DNA from: Solirubrobacteraceae bacterium
GTDB taxonomy: Bacteria > Actinomycetota > Thermoleophilia > Solirubrobacterales > Solirubrobacteraceae
Length of the DNA stretch: 51,342 nucleotides
Direction of reading: 5' to 3'
Assembly (NCBI GenBank): GCA_035719985.1
Contig: DASTPN010000010.1
Span: 1 to 51,342 of the forward strand
A model generated the notes under the pieces. It did no database searches and was not told where the DNA came from. It saw only the letters and a program-made list of their open reading frames with translations. Shown here piece by piece: positions 31,874 through 41,400 of the stretch (position 1 is the first letter of the stretch; each line of letters starts with the position of its first letter). Position numbers and translations under genes: made by a program.

Positions 31874-33459
31874 GCTCCAGACGAGACCTGCGCGACGATC
31901 GCTCGTCGGTCGGATCGCGCGCCTTTCGAAGACAGAGGCGACAGGCACGCGCGCGTCGGCAACGGCGTGCGATGACGCGCATGCAAGCACGGATGCGCGC
32001 GGCGCCCAGGACGAACATACGTGCACTGTTGCGAGGCATACCGGCGGCAGCCTGGATTTGCGCTCTGGTGGCGCTACTCAACGGCGTAGCGTGGTCGATC
32101 ATCACACCGCCGTTTCAGGGTCGCGACGAGCCATCTCACTTCGCCTACGTGCAACAGCTCGCCGAGACGGGTACGTTGCCGCACGAAGTCGCCGAAGGCG
32201 GTGGCCCCTCCCCGCGGGAGAACAAGGCTATTGAAGGGCTTCACCAATATGAAATCATGCTGGCACCAGAGGTACCGGCGATATCTTCGGTCAGCGAGCA
32301 ACGCGCCCTGAAGAACGACCTGAGCGAAGAACTCTCGCCAGTGGGGTCCGGTGAAGCCGGCGTCGCCACATCAGAGCCGCCCCTCTACTACGCGCTCGAG
32401 ATTGTCCCTTACGCGCTGGGCGCCGGCAATACCCTCACACAACTTCAGCTGATGCGGCTCGCGGGGGCGGTACTGGCCGCACTGACCACACTCCTGGCGT
32501 TCTTCTTCCTGCGCGAGCTGCTTCCCGGCTCACCCTGGATGACAACGATCGCGACCGGCTGCATCGCCGTGCAGCCACTGTTCGGGTTCATGTCTGGAAC
32601 GCTCAATCCAGACACGATGCTCTATACCGTCTCGGCCGCCGTTCTGCTCTGTCTGGCGCGAGCCTTTCGCCGTGGGCTCAGCATGCGTCTGTCAATCGCA
32701 CTTGGCGCCGCGATTGCAATCGGTCTTGTGACCAAGCTCAACTTCATCGGTCTCTGCGCGGGCATTTTCCTCGGCCTGAGCTTGATCGGCATACGCGAAG
32801 TCCGATCTCACGGGCGCGAAGCGCTCAAGCCGATCGGTGCGGCAACGGGCATCGGCCTCTCTCCCGTCCTGCTGTACGCCGTGTTCAGTGGAGGCAGCCT
32901 CTTCTCCTCGATCGGCGACGTCATAACTTTCAACAATGGAGGGTTCTTCAAAGAGGTCAGCTACGCGTGGCAGCTGTACCTTCCGCGCCTGCCTGGAATG
33001 TCACACTACTTCCCCGGTATCGAAACCTACCGCGAGATTTGGTTCGATCGTTTCGTTGGCCTGTACGGCTGGTTGGACACACAATTCCCCACCTGGGTCG
33101 ACAATCTGGCGCTGATCCCGGCGGGGTTGATAGCGGTGCTCTGCCTCAGAACATTGGTCGTCGGTCGCGAGAGGCTGCGAAGCCGCCTTCCTGAGATTGC
33201 AACCTACGCGCTGCTCCTCATCGGGCTGCTCGTGATGGTCGGCCATTCGGCTTTCTCGAGTTATCTATCCAGCGGAGCGGCAGCATTCGGTGATCCACGC
33301 TACCTGCTGCCCGTCCTGCCTCTGCTCGCGGCCATTCTGGTACTGGCCATACGCGGTGCAGGCAGATGGGCACCTCCCGTTGCGGCCGTCATCTTGGTCA
33401 CGTTCTTGGCACACGACCTTTTCAGTCAGATGCAAACGATTGCCCGCTATTACGGGTAG
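31870..33459 (+). CDS. DUF2142 / GT-C-like polytopic membrane glycosyltransferase, copy 2
   Basis: WSIITPPFQGRDEPSHFAY, PPLYY, LNPDT, TKL, GDPRYLLP, IARYY end; GTG start overlaps the upstream TGA (GTGA). Confidence 0.75.
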   Translation: MSSRRDLRDDRSSVGSRAFRRQRRQARARRQRRAMTRMQARMRAAPRTNIRALLRGIPAAAWICALVALLNGVAWSIITPPFQGRDEPSHFAYVQQLAETGTLPHEVAEGGGPSPRENKAIEGLHQYEIMLAPEVPAISSVSEQRALKNDLSEELSPVGSGEAGVATSEPPLYYALEIVPYALGAGNTLTQLQLMRLAGAVLAALTTLLAFFFLRELLPGSPWMTTIATGCIAVQPLFGFMSGTLNPDTMLYTVSAAVLLCLARAFRRGLSMRLSIALGAAIAIGLVTKLNFIGLCAGIFLGLSLIGIREVRSHGREALKPIGAATGIGLSPVLLYAVFSGGSLFSSIGDVITFNNGGFFKEVSYAWQLYLPRLPGMSHYFPGIETYREIWFDRFVGLYGWLDTQFPTWVDNLALIPAGLIAVLCLRTLVVGRERLRSRLPEIATYALLLIGLLVMVGHSAFSSYLSSGAAAFGDPRYLLPVLPLLAAILVLAIRGAGRWAPPVAAVILVTFLAHDLFSQMQTIARYYG

Positions 33460-33543
33460 CCGGATGTCCTCGGCGCGCACAACGACACGAACCGTCGAAA
33501 ATATGAAGCGCGCATCCGCTCGCCACCGCGAGACTCGCTTAGC

Positions 33544-34488
33544 TTAGGACGGGGCGAAGAAGGATTGGGAGACGTAGCGCTCGCCCGAGTCGGGGATGAT
33601 CGTGACGATCCGCATACCCTTGGATTCGGGGCGCCCAGCGACCTGCAGGCTCACCCACAGCGCCGCGCCGCCGGAGATGCCCGCGAGGATACCCTCGCGT
33701 CGCGCGCACAGCCACGCGGTTTGGATAGCATCGTCGTCGGAGACCGGGATGACCTCGTCGATCAGCTCGCGGTTGAGGACGGGCGGAACGAAGCCCGCAC
33801 CGATGCCCTGGATGCGGTGCGGACCCGGCTGCGCCCCGGAGAGCACGGCCGAGCCTCGCGGCTCGACGGCAACGACGCGCAGGTCGGGGTTGCGCTCGCG
33901 CAGGTACTCGCCTACGCCGGTGATCGTGCCGCCGGTACCCACTCCCGCCACCAGCACGTCGACGCGGCTATCGAGAGCCTCGTAGATCTCGGGGCCGGTG
34001 GTGCGGCGATGCGCCTCGGGGTTGGCTGGGTTCGAGAACTGGTCTGGCAAGAAGACATCACGGTCGCGAGCCATCTCCCGGGCTGCCTGGACGGCCTCGG
34101 TCATACCACCCAGCGACTCGGTGATCTGGACCTTGGCGCCATAGAGCTTCAGGAGGATCTCGCGCTCGCGGCTCATTCCTTGAGGCAGAGTGAGCGTCAG
34201 GTCATATCCCTTGGCCGCGCAGACGAACGCGAGCGCGATTCCGGTATTGCCGCTGGTGGCCTCGACGATAGTGCTGCGCCCCGGCTCGATCTGCCCTTCA
34301 GCCTCGGCGGCTTCAATCATGGCAACGCCGATGCGGTCCTTGACGCTGCCACCCGGATTAAACGACTCGAGCTTCGCGTAGAGCTCCGCGCCAGAACTGG
34401 CCGCGGCGCCCTGATCGAGCAGACGCTCGATACGCATAATCGGCGTTTTGCCGACCAGCTCAGAAATGTTGACCGGGATTGACGGCAT
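33544..34488 (-). CDS. cysK: cysteine synthase A
   Basis: KLESFNPGGSVKDR (PLP Lys), EATSGNTGI, QFSNPAN, GVGTGGT, PHRIQGIGAGF, DSGERY; start approximate. Confidence 0.96.
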   Translation of the reverse strand: MPSIPVNISELVGKTPIMRIERLLDQGAAASSGAELYAKLESFNPGGSVKDRIGVAMIEAAEAEGQIEPGRSTIVEATSGNTGIALAFVCAAKGYDLTLTLPQGMSREREILLKLYGAKVQITESLGGMTEAVQAAREMARDRDVFLPDQFSNPANPEAHRRTTGPEIYEALDSRVDVLVAGVGTGGTITGVGEYLRERNPDLRVVAVEPRGSAVLSGAQPGPHRIQGIGAGFVPPVLNRELIDEVIPVSDDDAIQTAWLCARREGILAGISGGAALWVSLQVAGRPESKGMRIVTIIPDSGERYVSQSFFAPS

Positions 34489-34551
34489 TGCCACAACGAC
34501 AATAGTGGGCCCGACGATCACGCTGCCGACTCCGCGCCGCTGAGCGGTAGC

Positions 34552-34944
34552 TCAAATGTGGTACATACCGGCGCCGGCGGCGCGCGCCTCGGACTCCACC
34601 ACATCGGCAATAGTGGTGGCGGCAAGCACCTCGCGTGCGGCACGGGCCGCCTCGGCGAACACACTCTCGGCGTCACGGCCGAGCGGCCCATCCAGCAGCT
34701 CGACTATCTCGAGCACAGTGATCTCCGACGGGTCGCGCGCGAAGCGATACCCGCCTTTCACGCCTCGCTGGGAGTTGACTACTCCGGCGCGGCGAAGCGC
34801 GGCAAACAGCTGCTCGAGGAACTGGACAGGCATCTCGCGCCGCCGCGCCAACTCTCCGATCGGCACCGGATCGGCGCCGCCGGAGCGCCCCAACTCAGCC
34901 AAAGCGGCCACGGCATAAGGAGACTTGCTGGTAATCGAGATCAT
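34552..34944 (-). CDS. Rrf2-family transcriptional regulator, Cys-free (CymR-like)
   Basis: ITSKSPYA..AL.EL, FLEQLF..LRRAG.V.SQRG.KGGY, I...LDG; no Fe-S cysteines; directly upstream of cysK. Confidence 0.88.
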   Translation of the reverse strand: MISITSKSPYAVAALAELGRSGGADPVPIGELARRREMPVQFLEQLFAALRRAGVVNSQRGVKGGYRFARDPSEITVLEIVELLDGPLGRDAESVFAEAARAAREVLAATTIADVVESEARAAGAGMYHI

Positions 34945-34967
34945 CGCGCAAGCGCGATGCTACGCGT

Positions 34968-36143
34968 CTACAACCAACCGCGCTCTGTGGCGATCAACAC
35001 CGCTTGCGCGCGGTCGACCGCGCCAAGCTTGCCGTAGATGTTGTGCAGATGCGTGCGCACCGTGCTGGTAGACAGAGTCAGCTCGTGGGCGATCTGCTTG
35101 TAGACCTTGCCTTCGGCCAGCCGCTCGAGCACACCCAGCTCGCGTCCTGACAGCGGGCACGGATCGACCATACGTTGGCGTTGGGCTTGGGAGTTCGGCA
35201 GTTCATACATCACTCTGCGCAGTTCCTCAGGCCCAAGCCCGAGCGAGCGCGCACAGGCGAGCATCTCAGCCGGCGCGACCGGCGCCCCGTGTGCGTAGTG
35301 GGCAAGCATGTCGGCCAGGCGCACGAGTGCGGCCTCGCCGCTTGCGTCGGCGTTGTGATGGCGCTCGATCACGGTGGCGATGCTGGCTGGAAGTCCCCAG
35401 CGACGGGCGAGCACGCCGCCGACCAGTGCGTGGTCGACGCCCAACTCGCGGCGTTCGCGGTGAATGCGCTTCTCGGGCGTCTGCTCGCCCTTCTGTACTT
35501 CGCTTGCATAGCCAGGATAGGCCTGAACGAGCACCAGCTTGCCTACGTCGTGCAAGAGGCTTGTGACGGTAAGCCGGTCACGATGCTCATAGCCGACCTC
35601 GGCGGCGAGCCGGTCGGCCGCCTGCTGGGTGGCAAGCGCATGCAGCCGGAAGCGCTCGGGCGCGGTGTCCCAACCGCCGGTGCGCTCGAAGAAGTCAAAG
35701 GTACGTACTCGATTCGCAAGCCCCACCACAGCCTGCGCGGTCAACCGCTCGACCGCCTGCACGACCGTTTCCACGCGCTCGCCGCTAGTACGAGCGTCGT
35801 TGGCCAGGCGCATCACGGCGATGATCAGCGCGACGTCGGACTCGACGGCGGTGACGACGTCCGCGGTGGCGACATTGTCCTTGGAGATAACGGCCAACAA
35901 CCGCTCGCGCGACTCTGAGAGGGCGGGAAAAGCATCGAGCGCCTCGAAGGCAAGCATCAAACGACGACCGTGCCCCTCGTTCTGATGGCGCTCGCCGCTA
36001 CCGGCGCTTGCGAGCGCGACGCTGCCGCCCTGACCCACTCGTTCAGAGTCAGCCGGCGACCGGTCGAGCCGGGCGCCTTCGGGTTGCTGCTTTGTTGCTG
36101 TCGCCTGTGTTGGCATAGAACCTTGCCTGTGAATGGGAGGCAT
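34968..36143 (-). CDS. HDOD-domain protein with C-terminal LuxR HTH
   Basis: FPALS, VESD.AL...VMRLAN, LLHDVGKL, DHA.VGG.L.RRW.LP, HH; C-terminal LSGRE..VL..LAEG..YKQIA.EL.LS.STVRTHL.NIY.KL; start uncertain (36143 or 36116). Confidence 0.88.
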   Translation of the reverse strand: MPPIHRQGSMPTQATATKQQPEGARLDRSPADSERVGQGGSVALASAGSGERHQNEGHGRRLMLAFEALDAFPALSESRERLLAVISKDNVATADVVTAVESDVALIIAVMRLANDARTSGERVETVVQAVERLTAQAVVGLANRVRTFDFFERTGGWDTAPERFRLHALATQQAADRLAAEVGYEHRDRLTVTSLLHDVGKLVLVQAYPGYASEVQKGEQTPEKRIHRERRELGVDHALVGGVLARRWGLPASIATVIERHHNADASGEAALVRLADMLAHYAHGAPVAPAEMLACARSLGLGPEELRRVMYELPNSQAQRQRMVDPCPLSGRELGVLERLAEGKVYKQIAHELTLSTSTVRTHLHNIYGKLGAVDRAQAVLIATERGWL

Positions 36144-36170
36144 CCGAGCCGCCCGTGGGCATCTGGGGTC

Positions 36171-36198
36171 CTATCGGCAACTCGCGGCTATGGGTTGA
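36171..36198 (-). promoter_or_regulatory. sigma28 (FliA/WhiG)-like promoter TCAA-N16-GCCGATAG
   Basis: close match to the TAAA-N15/16-GCCGATAA consensus just upstream of the HDOD-LuxR gene. Confidence 0.55.
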
Positions 36199-37570
36199 GT
36201 GCCGCCTCGATGCGACGCACTGTCTCCTCGCGTCCAAGCAAAGCCACGCTCTCGAAGATGCCGGGGGAGATCGTCGTGCCGGCAATCGCCACGCGCACCG
36301 GCTGATAGACCTCGCGCGGCTTGACGCCACGGCTCTGTACGACCCCGGTCAGCGCCGCCTCCACTGCGGAGAGGTCAAAGCTCGCGCTCGCCAGCAATCG
36401 CTCGCGGGCGTCTCCCAACAGAGCAATGCCGCCCTCGCCGAGCCACCGCTCGCGCGCCGCGTCGTCATCAGCCGCGCCGAGGAAGAAGAAGCGAGCAAGC
36501 GGCCAGAAATCCGCGAGCGTCTGAATCTTCTCTTGGCTGATCGCCACCGCCCCCTCCAGCAGGGCGCGATCGGCGCCGGCTGCCTGCGCGACCTCGGAGT
36601 CGCTTGCCCGCAGATACTCGAGCAGCCGATCGGCAAGCTCGGCCACCGGCAATGAACGAATGTGCACGCCGTCGAGCCAGCGCAGCTTGACCTCGTCGAA
36701 GCGGGCGGGATTGCGGCTGACACGCTCGAGCGTGAAACGCTCGATTAGCTCTTCGGTAGATAGGACCGTCGCGTCGTCGCCTGCCCCCCACCCGAGCAGC
36801 GCTAGGTAATTGCGCACGGCCGCCGGTAGATAACCGGCGTCGCGCAGCTCCTGCACAGAGGCGGCGCCGTGGCGCTTTGAGAGCTTCTTGCCGTCCGGCC
36901 CGTGCAGCAACGGCAGGTGCGCGTAGATGGGCTCAGGCGTGTCGCCGAGACCAACCGCCCGAGCGGCACGCAGCACCAGCAGCTGCTTTGGCGTATTTGA
37001 GAGGTGATCCTCGCCACGTACGACGTGGGTAATCTTGGCGTCGAGGTCGTCGATCGCCACCGCGAAGTTGTAGAGAACCGACCCGTCGGCGCGGGCGATC
37101 ACCGGATCGTCGAGGTGGACGTGCTCAAAGCGAGTGTCGCCGCGGATCACGTCATGGACGACGGTGCTCTCGCCGTCGGGCACGCGCAGCCGCACGGCGC
37201 CCTGCTCGCCGGCTTCGCCGCGAAAGCCGCGCTCGGCTCCATACAGCCGCTTGTAGGCGGCGACATCTTCGGCTGTCGCCGTCGAGCGGTAGGCGTGCCC
37301 ACTGTCGAGCAGCGCCTGCAAAACCTCGCGGTGGCGCTCGCTTCGCTGAGTCTGAAACACGGGGCCCTCGTCCCAGTCGATCTGCAGCCAGCGCAGCGCG
37401 TCCAGGATCTGCTCGACGTTCTCGGGCGTGGAGCGCTCGCGATCGGTGTCCTCGATGCGCAGCAGCAGCACGCCGTCGTTGTGGCGGGCAAGCAGCCAGT
37501 TGAACAGGGCGGTGCGGGCGCCGCCGATGTGCAGCGCGCCGGTGGGAGATGGTGCGAAGCGAAGCCTCAT
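36188..37570 (-). CDS. gltX: glutamyl-tRNA synthetase
   Basis: RFAPSPTG.LHIGG.RTAL, LRIEDTD, RGEDH, KKLSKRHG; start ATG 37570. Confidence 0.97.
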   Translation of the reverse strand: MRLRFAPSPTGALHIGGARTALFNWLLARHNDGVLLLRIEDTDRERSTPENVEQILDALRWLQIDWDEGPVFQTQRSERHREVLQALLDSGHAYRSTATAEDVAAYKRLYGAERGFRGEAGEQGAVRLRVPDGESTVVHDVIRGDTRFEHVHLDDPVIARADGSVLYNFAVAIDDLDAKITHVVRGEDHLSNTPKQLLVLRAARAVGLGDTPEPIYAHLPLLHGPDGKKLSKRHGAASVQELRDAGYLPAAVRNYLALLGWGAGDDATVLSTEELIERFTLERVSRNPARFDEVKLRWLDGVHIRSLPVAELADRLLEYLRASDSEVAQAAGADRALLEGAVAISQEKIQTLADFWPLARFFFLGAADDDAARERWLGEGGIALLGDARERLLASASFDLSAVEAALTGVVQSRGVKPREVYQPVRVAIAGTTISPGIFESVALLGREETVRRIEAALNP

Positions 37571-37581
37571 AGGATCCACCC

Positions 37582-38466
37582 ATGCTAATTGGCGCGCACG
37601 TCTCACCTTCCGGTGGTCTACCCAAGGCAGTCGAGCGGGGGCTCGAGCGCGGCTGCCGGGCGATCCAGATCTTCAATCAGTCACCGAGGATGTGGCGGCC
37701 GACGGTGTTTGCCGACGAGGCGATCGCCGCTTTTCGCGAGGCGATGGACGCAAGCCAGATCGACGCCGTCTTGATTCACGCCGTCTACTTGCTCAACTGC
37801 GCGAGCGAGGATGCCGACATCCGCGCCAAGACGCTCGCGTCACTGACACAGTCCCTGCGTGTAGGCGCGGCGATCGGCGCCGCTGGTGTGGTGCTTCACC
37901 CGGGCTCGGCCAAGACCGGCGATCCGGCCACGGCAGTGACACGGGCGGGCGCGACCATTGCCGAGGCGCTTGCCGAAAGCGAGGACTGTCCACTCCACCT
38001 GGAGAACACGGCCGGCGCCGGTGGCACGCTCGGTCGCTCGATCGACGAGTTGGCAGCGCTACTCGAGGCATCCGCCGGCAGCAATGGCGTAGACGGGGAG
38101 CGACTCGGCCTGTGCCTTGACTCTTGCCACTTGTTCGCATCGGGCTATGACATCCGCAGCAATGCGGGCATGGATGCCGTCTGCGCGGAGATCGACAAGA
38201 AGATCGGGATCGAGCGCGTCGGCTCGCTGCACCTGAACGACTCGCAGACGCCGCTCGGTTCCAACAAAGACCGTCACGCCAACATTGGCGAGGGGGAACT
38301 GGGCGAGACTGGTTGTGCTGCCTTCCTGTCCGCCCCGCCGCTCCAGGGCCTGCCCTGCGTCCTTGAGACCCCCGGTGAGAACCGCTCAGGCCCAACGCGC
38401 GAGGAGATCGAGCACGCCGTGGCGCTGCACGAGCATGGTGTCGCCGAGCGCACAGCCGCGAGCTGA
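37582..38466 (+). CDS. nfo: endonuclease IV
   Basis: IGAHVS, IHA.YL.N, VLHPGS, LENTAG, CLDSCH.FA.GYD, HLNDS, DRHANIG.G, LETP. Confidence 0.96.
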   Translation: MLIGAHVSPSGGLPKAVERGLERGCRAIQIFNQSPRMWRPTVFADEAIAAFREAMDASQIDAVLIHAVYLLNCASEDADIRAKTLASLTQSLRVGAAIGAAGVVLHPGSAKTGDPATAVTRAGATIAEALAESEDCPLHLENTAGAGGTLGRSIDELAALLEASAGSNGVDGERLGLCLDSCHLFASGYDIRSNAGMDAVCAEIDKKIGIERVGSLHLNDSQTPLGSNKDRHANIGEGELGETGCAAFLSAPPLQGLPCVLETPGENRSGPTREEIEHAVALHEHGVAERTAAS

Positions 38467-38493
38467 ATGAGCAATGGCGAGCGGCCGGCGCCG

Positions 38494-41400
38494 CTAAGCC
38501 GTCGCTGCGAGCGCTGGTGATGGGCTGAGGGCGGCTTCTAGCTCCGCGCGTACGAATGGAGTGTGCTGCACGCGGTAATCCTCGCCCAAGCGCAAGATGC
38601 GCGTGCCGGCGCTGGTGATCATCTCGAGCACCACCTCGGCGGCGCCCTTGTGGGTCTCGATGATGTCCTTGATCTCTTCGATCGCACCAGCGGGAAGACG
38701 GGTGGCGTCGACCTGTAGACGCACCGGCTCGGCCGCGGCCTGCTCGGCCATGCGGGTGCTACGCGCGGCCTTATCGGCGCGCTCGATCTCCTCTTCACTG
38801 GGGGCGAACGCCTCCACAGACTGCACGACCAGACAGGTCTTGCCTGCCTCCTTGTGGTCGACGCGCCCACGGACCAGCACCACCTGATCGACGGCCAGCG
38901 CCGCCTCGTGCTCGGCCAGGGCCTTTCCGAACACGAGCATCTCGACGGCTCCTTCCAGGTCGTCGAGGGTGGCGAACATCATGTGATCGCCGTTGCGGGT
39001 ACGGATGCGCTTTGACTCGGTGATGATGCCGCCGACGCTCACCCAGTCCTTGTCGCGCCGGCCGGCGAGCGCGCTCAGCGAGCAGTCTGCGCGCGCGCGC
39101 AACGCCTCGCGCATCGGCTTGAGCGGGTGCGCTGAGATGAACAGGCCGATCGCCTCCTTCTCCACCGCCAGCAGCTCTGCCTGCTCGAACTCCTCGCTTG
39201 GGATCGGGGGATGGCTGGGACGCATCAGGCTCGCCCCCGGTACGGCGCGCCCCTCGCCGGCGCCGGCGCTCGGCCCGTTCGCGGCCGGTTCCAAATCGAA
39301 GATCGAGCCTTGCCCGACGAGCGCGTCCTGCTGGGCCTTCTGGCCCGCCGCCTGGGCGGCTTCGAGCACGGTGAGCATCCCCTTGCGGCTGTCCCCAGTC
39401 GAGCCGAGCGCGCCGCACTTGATCAGGGCCTCGATCGCCTTCTTGTTGACGGCGCGGCTGTCGACACGCTCGCAGAAGTCCCATAGCGAGTCGAATGGGC
39501 GGCGGGGGTTTGGGTGGGCGGGATCAGATCCATCGCGAGCGCGCTTGATCGCCTCAACAGCCTGATAGCCGACACCCTTCACAGCGTCCAGACCGAAACG
39601 GATGTTGCTGTCCACGACAGTGAACTCGTGATCTGAGAGGTTGACGTCGGGAGGCAGGATCTCGATCCCCATCTCCTCGCAGCGGGCGACGAAGAACGGC
39701 ACCTTGTCCTTGGTGGACATGACCGAGGAGATCAACGCCGCCATGTACTCGGCGGTGTGGTTGGCCTTCAGCCAGGCGGTGCGGTAGGCGATCAGCCCGT
39801 AACAGGCGGCGTGGGACTTGTTGAAGGAGTAGTCCGCTGACTTTTCGTTGGTTTGCCACAGGAACTCGATCACATCGGGGCTAGTACCCGAGGCGCGGCA
39901 ACCCTCGACGAACTCTGGCTTGAGCGCAGCCATCGCCTCGCGGTTCTTCTTGCCGATCGCCTTGCGCAGATCGTCGGCCTTGGCCCCCGAGAAGCCGGCC
40001 AGCTCCTTGGAGATCTGCATCGCCTGCTCCTGGTAGAGGATCACCCCCTTGGAGGACTGCAGGATCGGTCGCAGCCGCTCGTCGCGGTAGGAGATTTGCT
40101 CGGGGTTGCGCTTGCCCCTGGCGTAGACGGGGATCTGATCCATCGCTCCCGGCCGGTACAGGGCGTTCAGCGCCACCAGGTCGTCGAATTCGTCGGGCTG
40201 GACCTTCTCAAGCGCCGCTTGCATCCCCTCGGACTCGAACTGGAATACGCCGACAGAGTCCCCACGCGCGAGCATCTCATACGTGCGCGCGTCATCCAGC
40301 GGCAGCTTTGACATATCCAGACGTCCAGCGCCAGGATTCGAGCGCTCGATGATGTCCAGCGCGTCCTCGATCACGTCGAGGTTGCGAAGTCCCAGGAAGT
40401 CCATCTTCAGCAGCCCGATCTCCTCGATCGGCTTCATCGAGAACTGGGTGACGGTGCGGTAAGCGCGCTCGCCGTCCTCGCCGGTGCCGGCGTCGGCGAG
40501 CTGCAGCGGCACGATGTCGGTCAGCGGGCGGTCGGCGATCACGACCGCCGCGGCATGGATCGAGGAGTTGCGGACGATCCCCTCGAGCCCCTTGGCGACG
40601 TCGACGATCCGGCGTGCGTCGGGCTCCTCGTCATAGACCTTGCGTAGTGCTTCGCCGCCCTTCAGGCATTCATCGAAGGAGGGCGAGCGTCCCATGATCG
40701 GGTCGGGAATGAGCTTGGCCAGGCGATCGCCGGCGCCGTAGTCATAGCCGAGCACCCGCGCCGCGTCGCGGGTAGCGGCACGCGGGAACATCTTGCCGAA
40801 GGTGACGATCTGCGCGACCGACTCGCGCCCGTACTTCTCGGTCACGTAGCGCATCACTCGCTCGCGTCCGCGCACGGAGAAATCGATGTCGATATCTGGC
40901 ATCGACACGCGCTCGGGGTTCAGGAAGCGCTCGAACAGCAGGTCGTAGCGCAGCGGATCGACGTCGGTGATCTGCAGGCAGTAGGAGACCAGTGAGCCGG
41001 CGGCCGAGCCACGTCCGGGGCCGACCGCGATCCCGTTTTGCTTGGCGTAGGAGACGAAGTCCCACACGATCAGGAAGTAGGCGTTGAACCCCATTCGATC
41101 GATCACGCCCAGCTCCATCTCCATCCGCTCGACGGCATGCGCTGGCGGCGGGTCGCCGTAGCGGATGCGCATTCCTTCTTGCACGCGCGCACGCAGATAC
41201 TCGCGCTCGCCGCTTTCGTCAGGCGTGGCGTATTTGGGGATCAGCTGCCCGCCGAGCTGCAACTTCACGTTGCAGCGCTCGGCGATCTGCACCGTGTTCG
41301 CTATCGCCTCCGGCCACTGTGCGAAGGCGGTGGCCATCTCGGCGTTGTCGCGCAGGTAGAACTCGTTGGTGTCGAAGGTCATCTTCGGCTGCGCCAGCGT

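Noticed and set aside
36188-37570. GluRS lacking zinc-binding Cys residues, near gatCAB
   Set aside because: Zinc-free GluRS variants and the non-discriminating GluRS plus GatCAB route are well known
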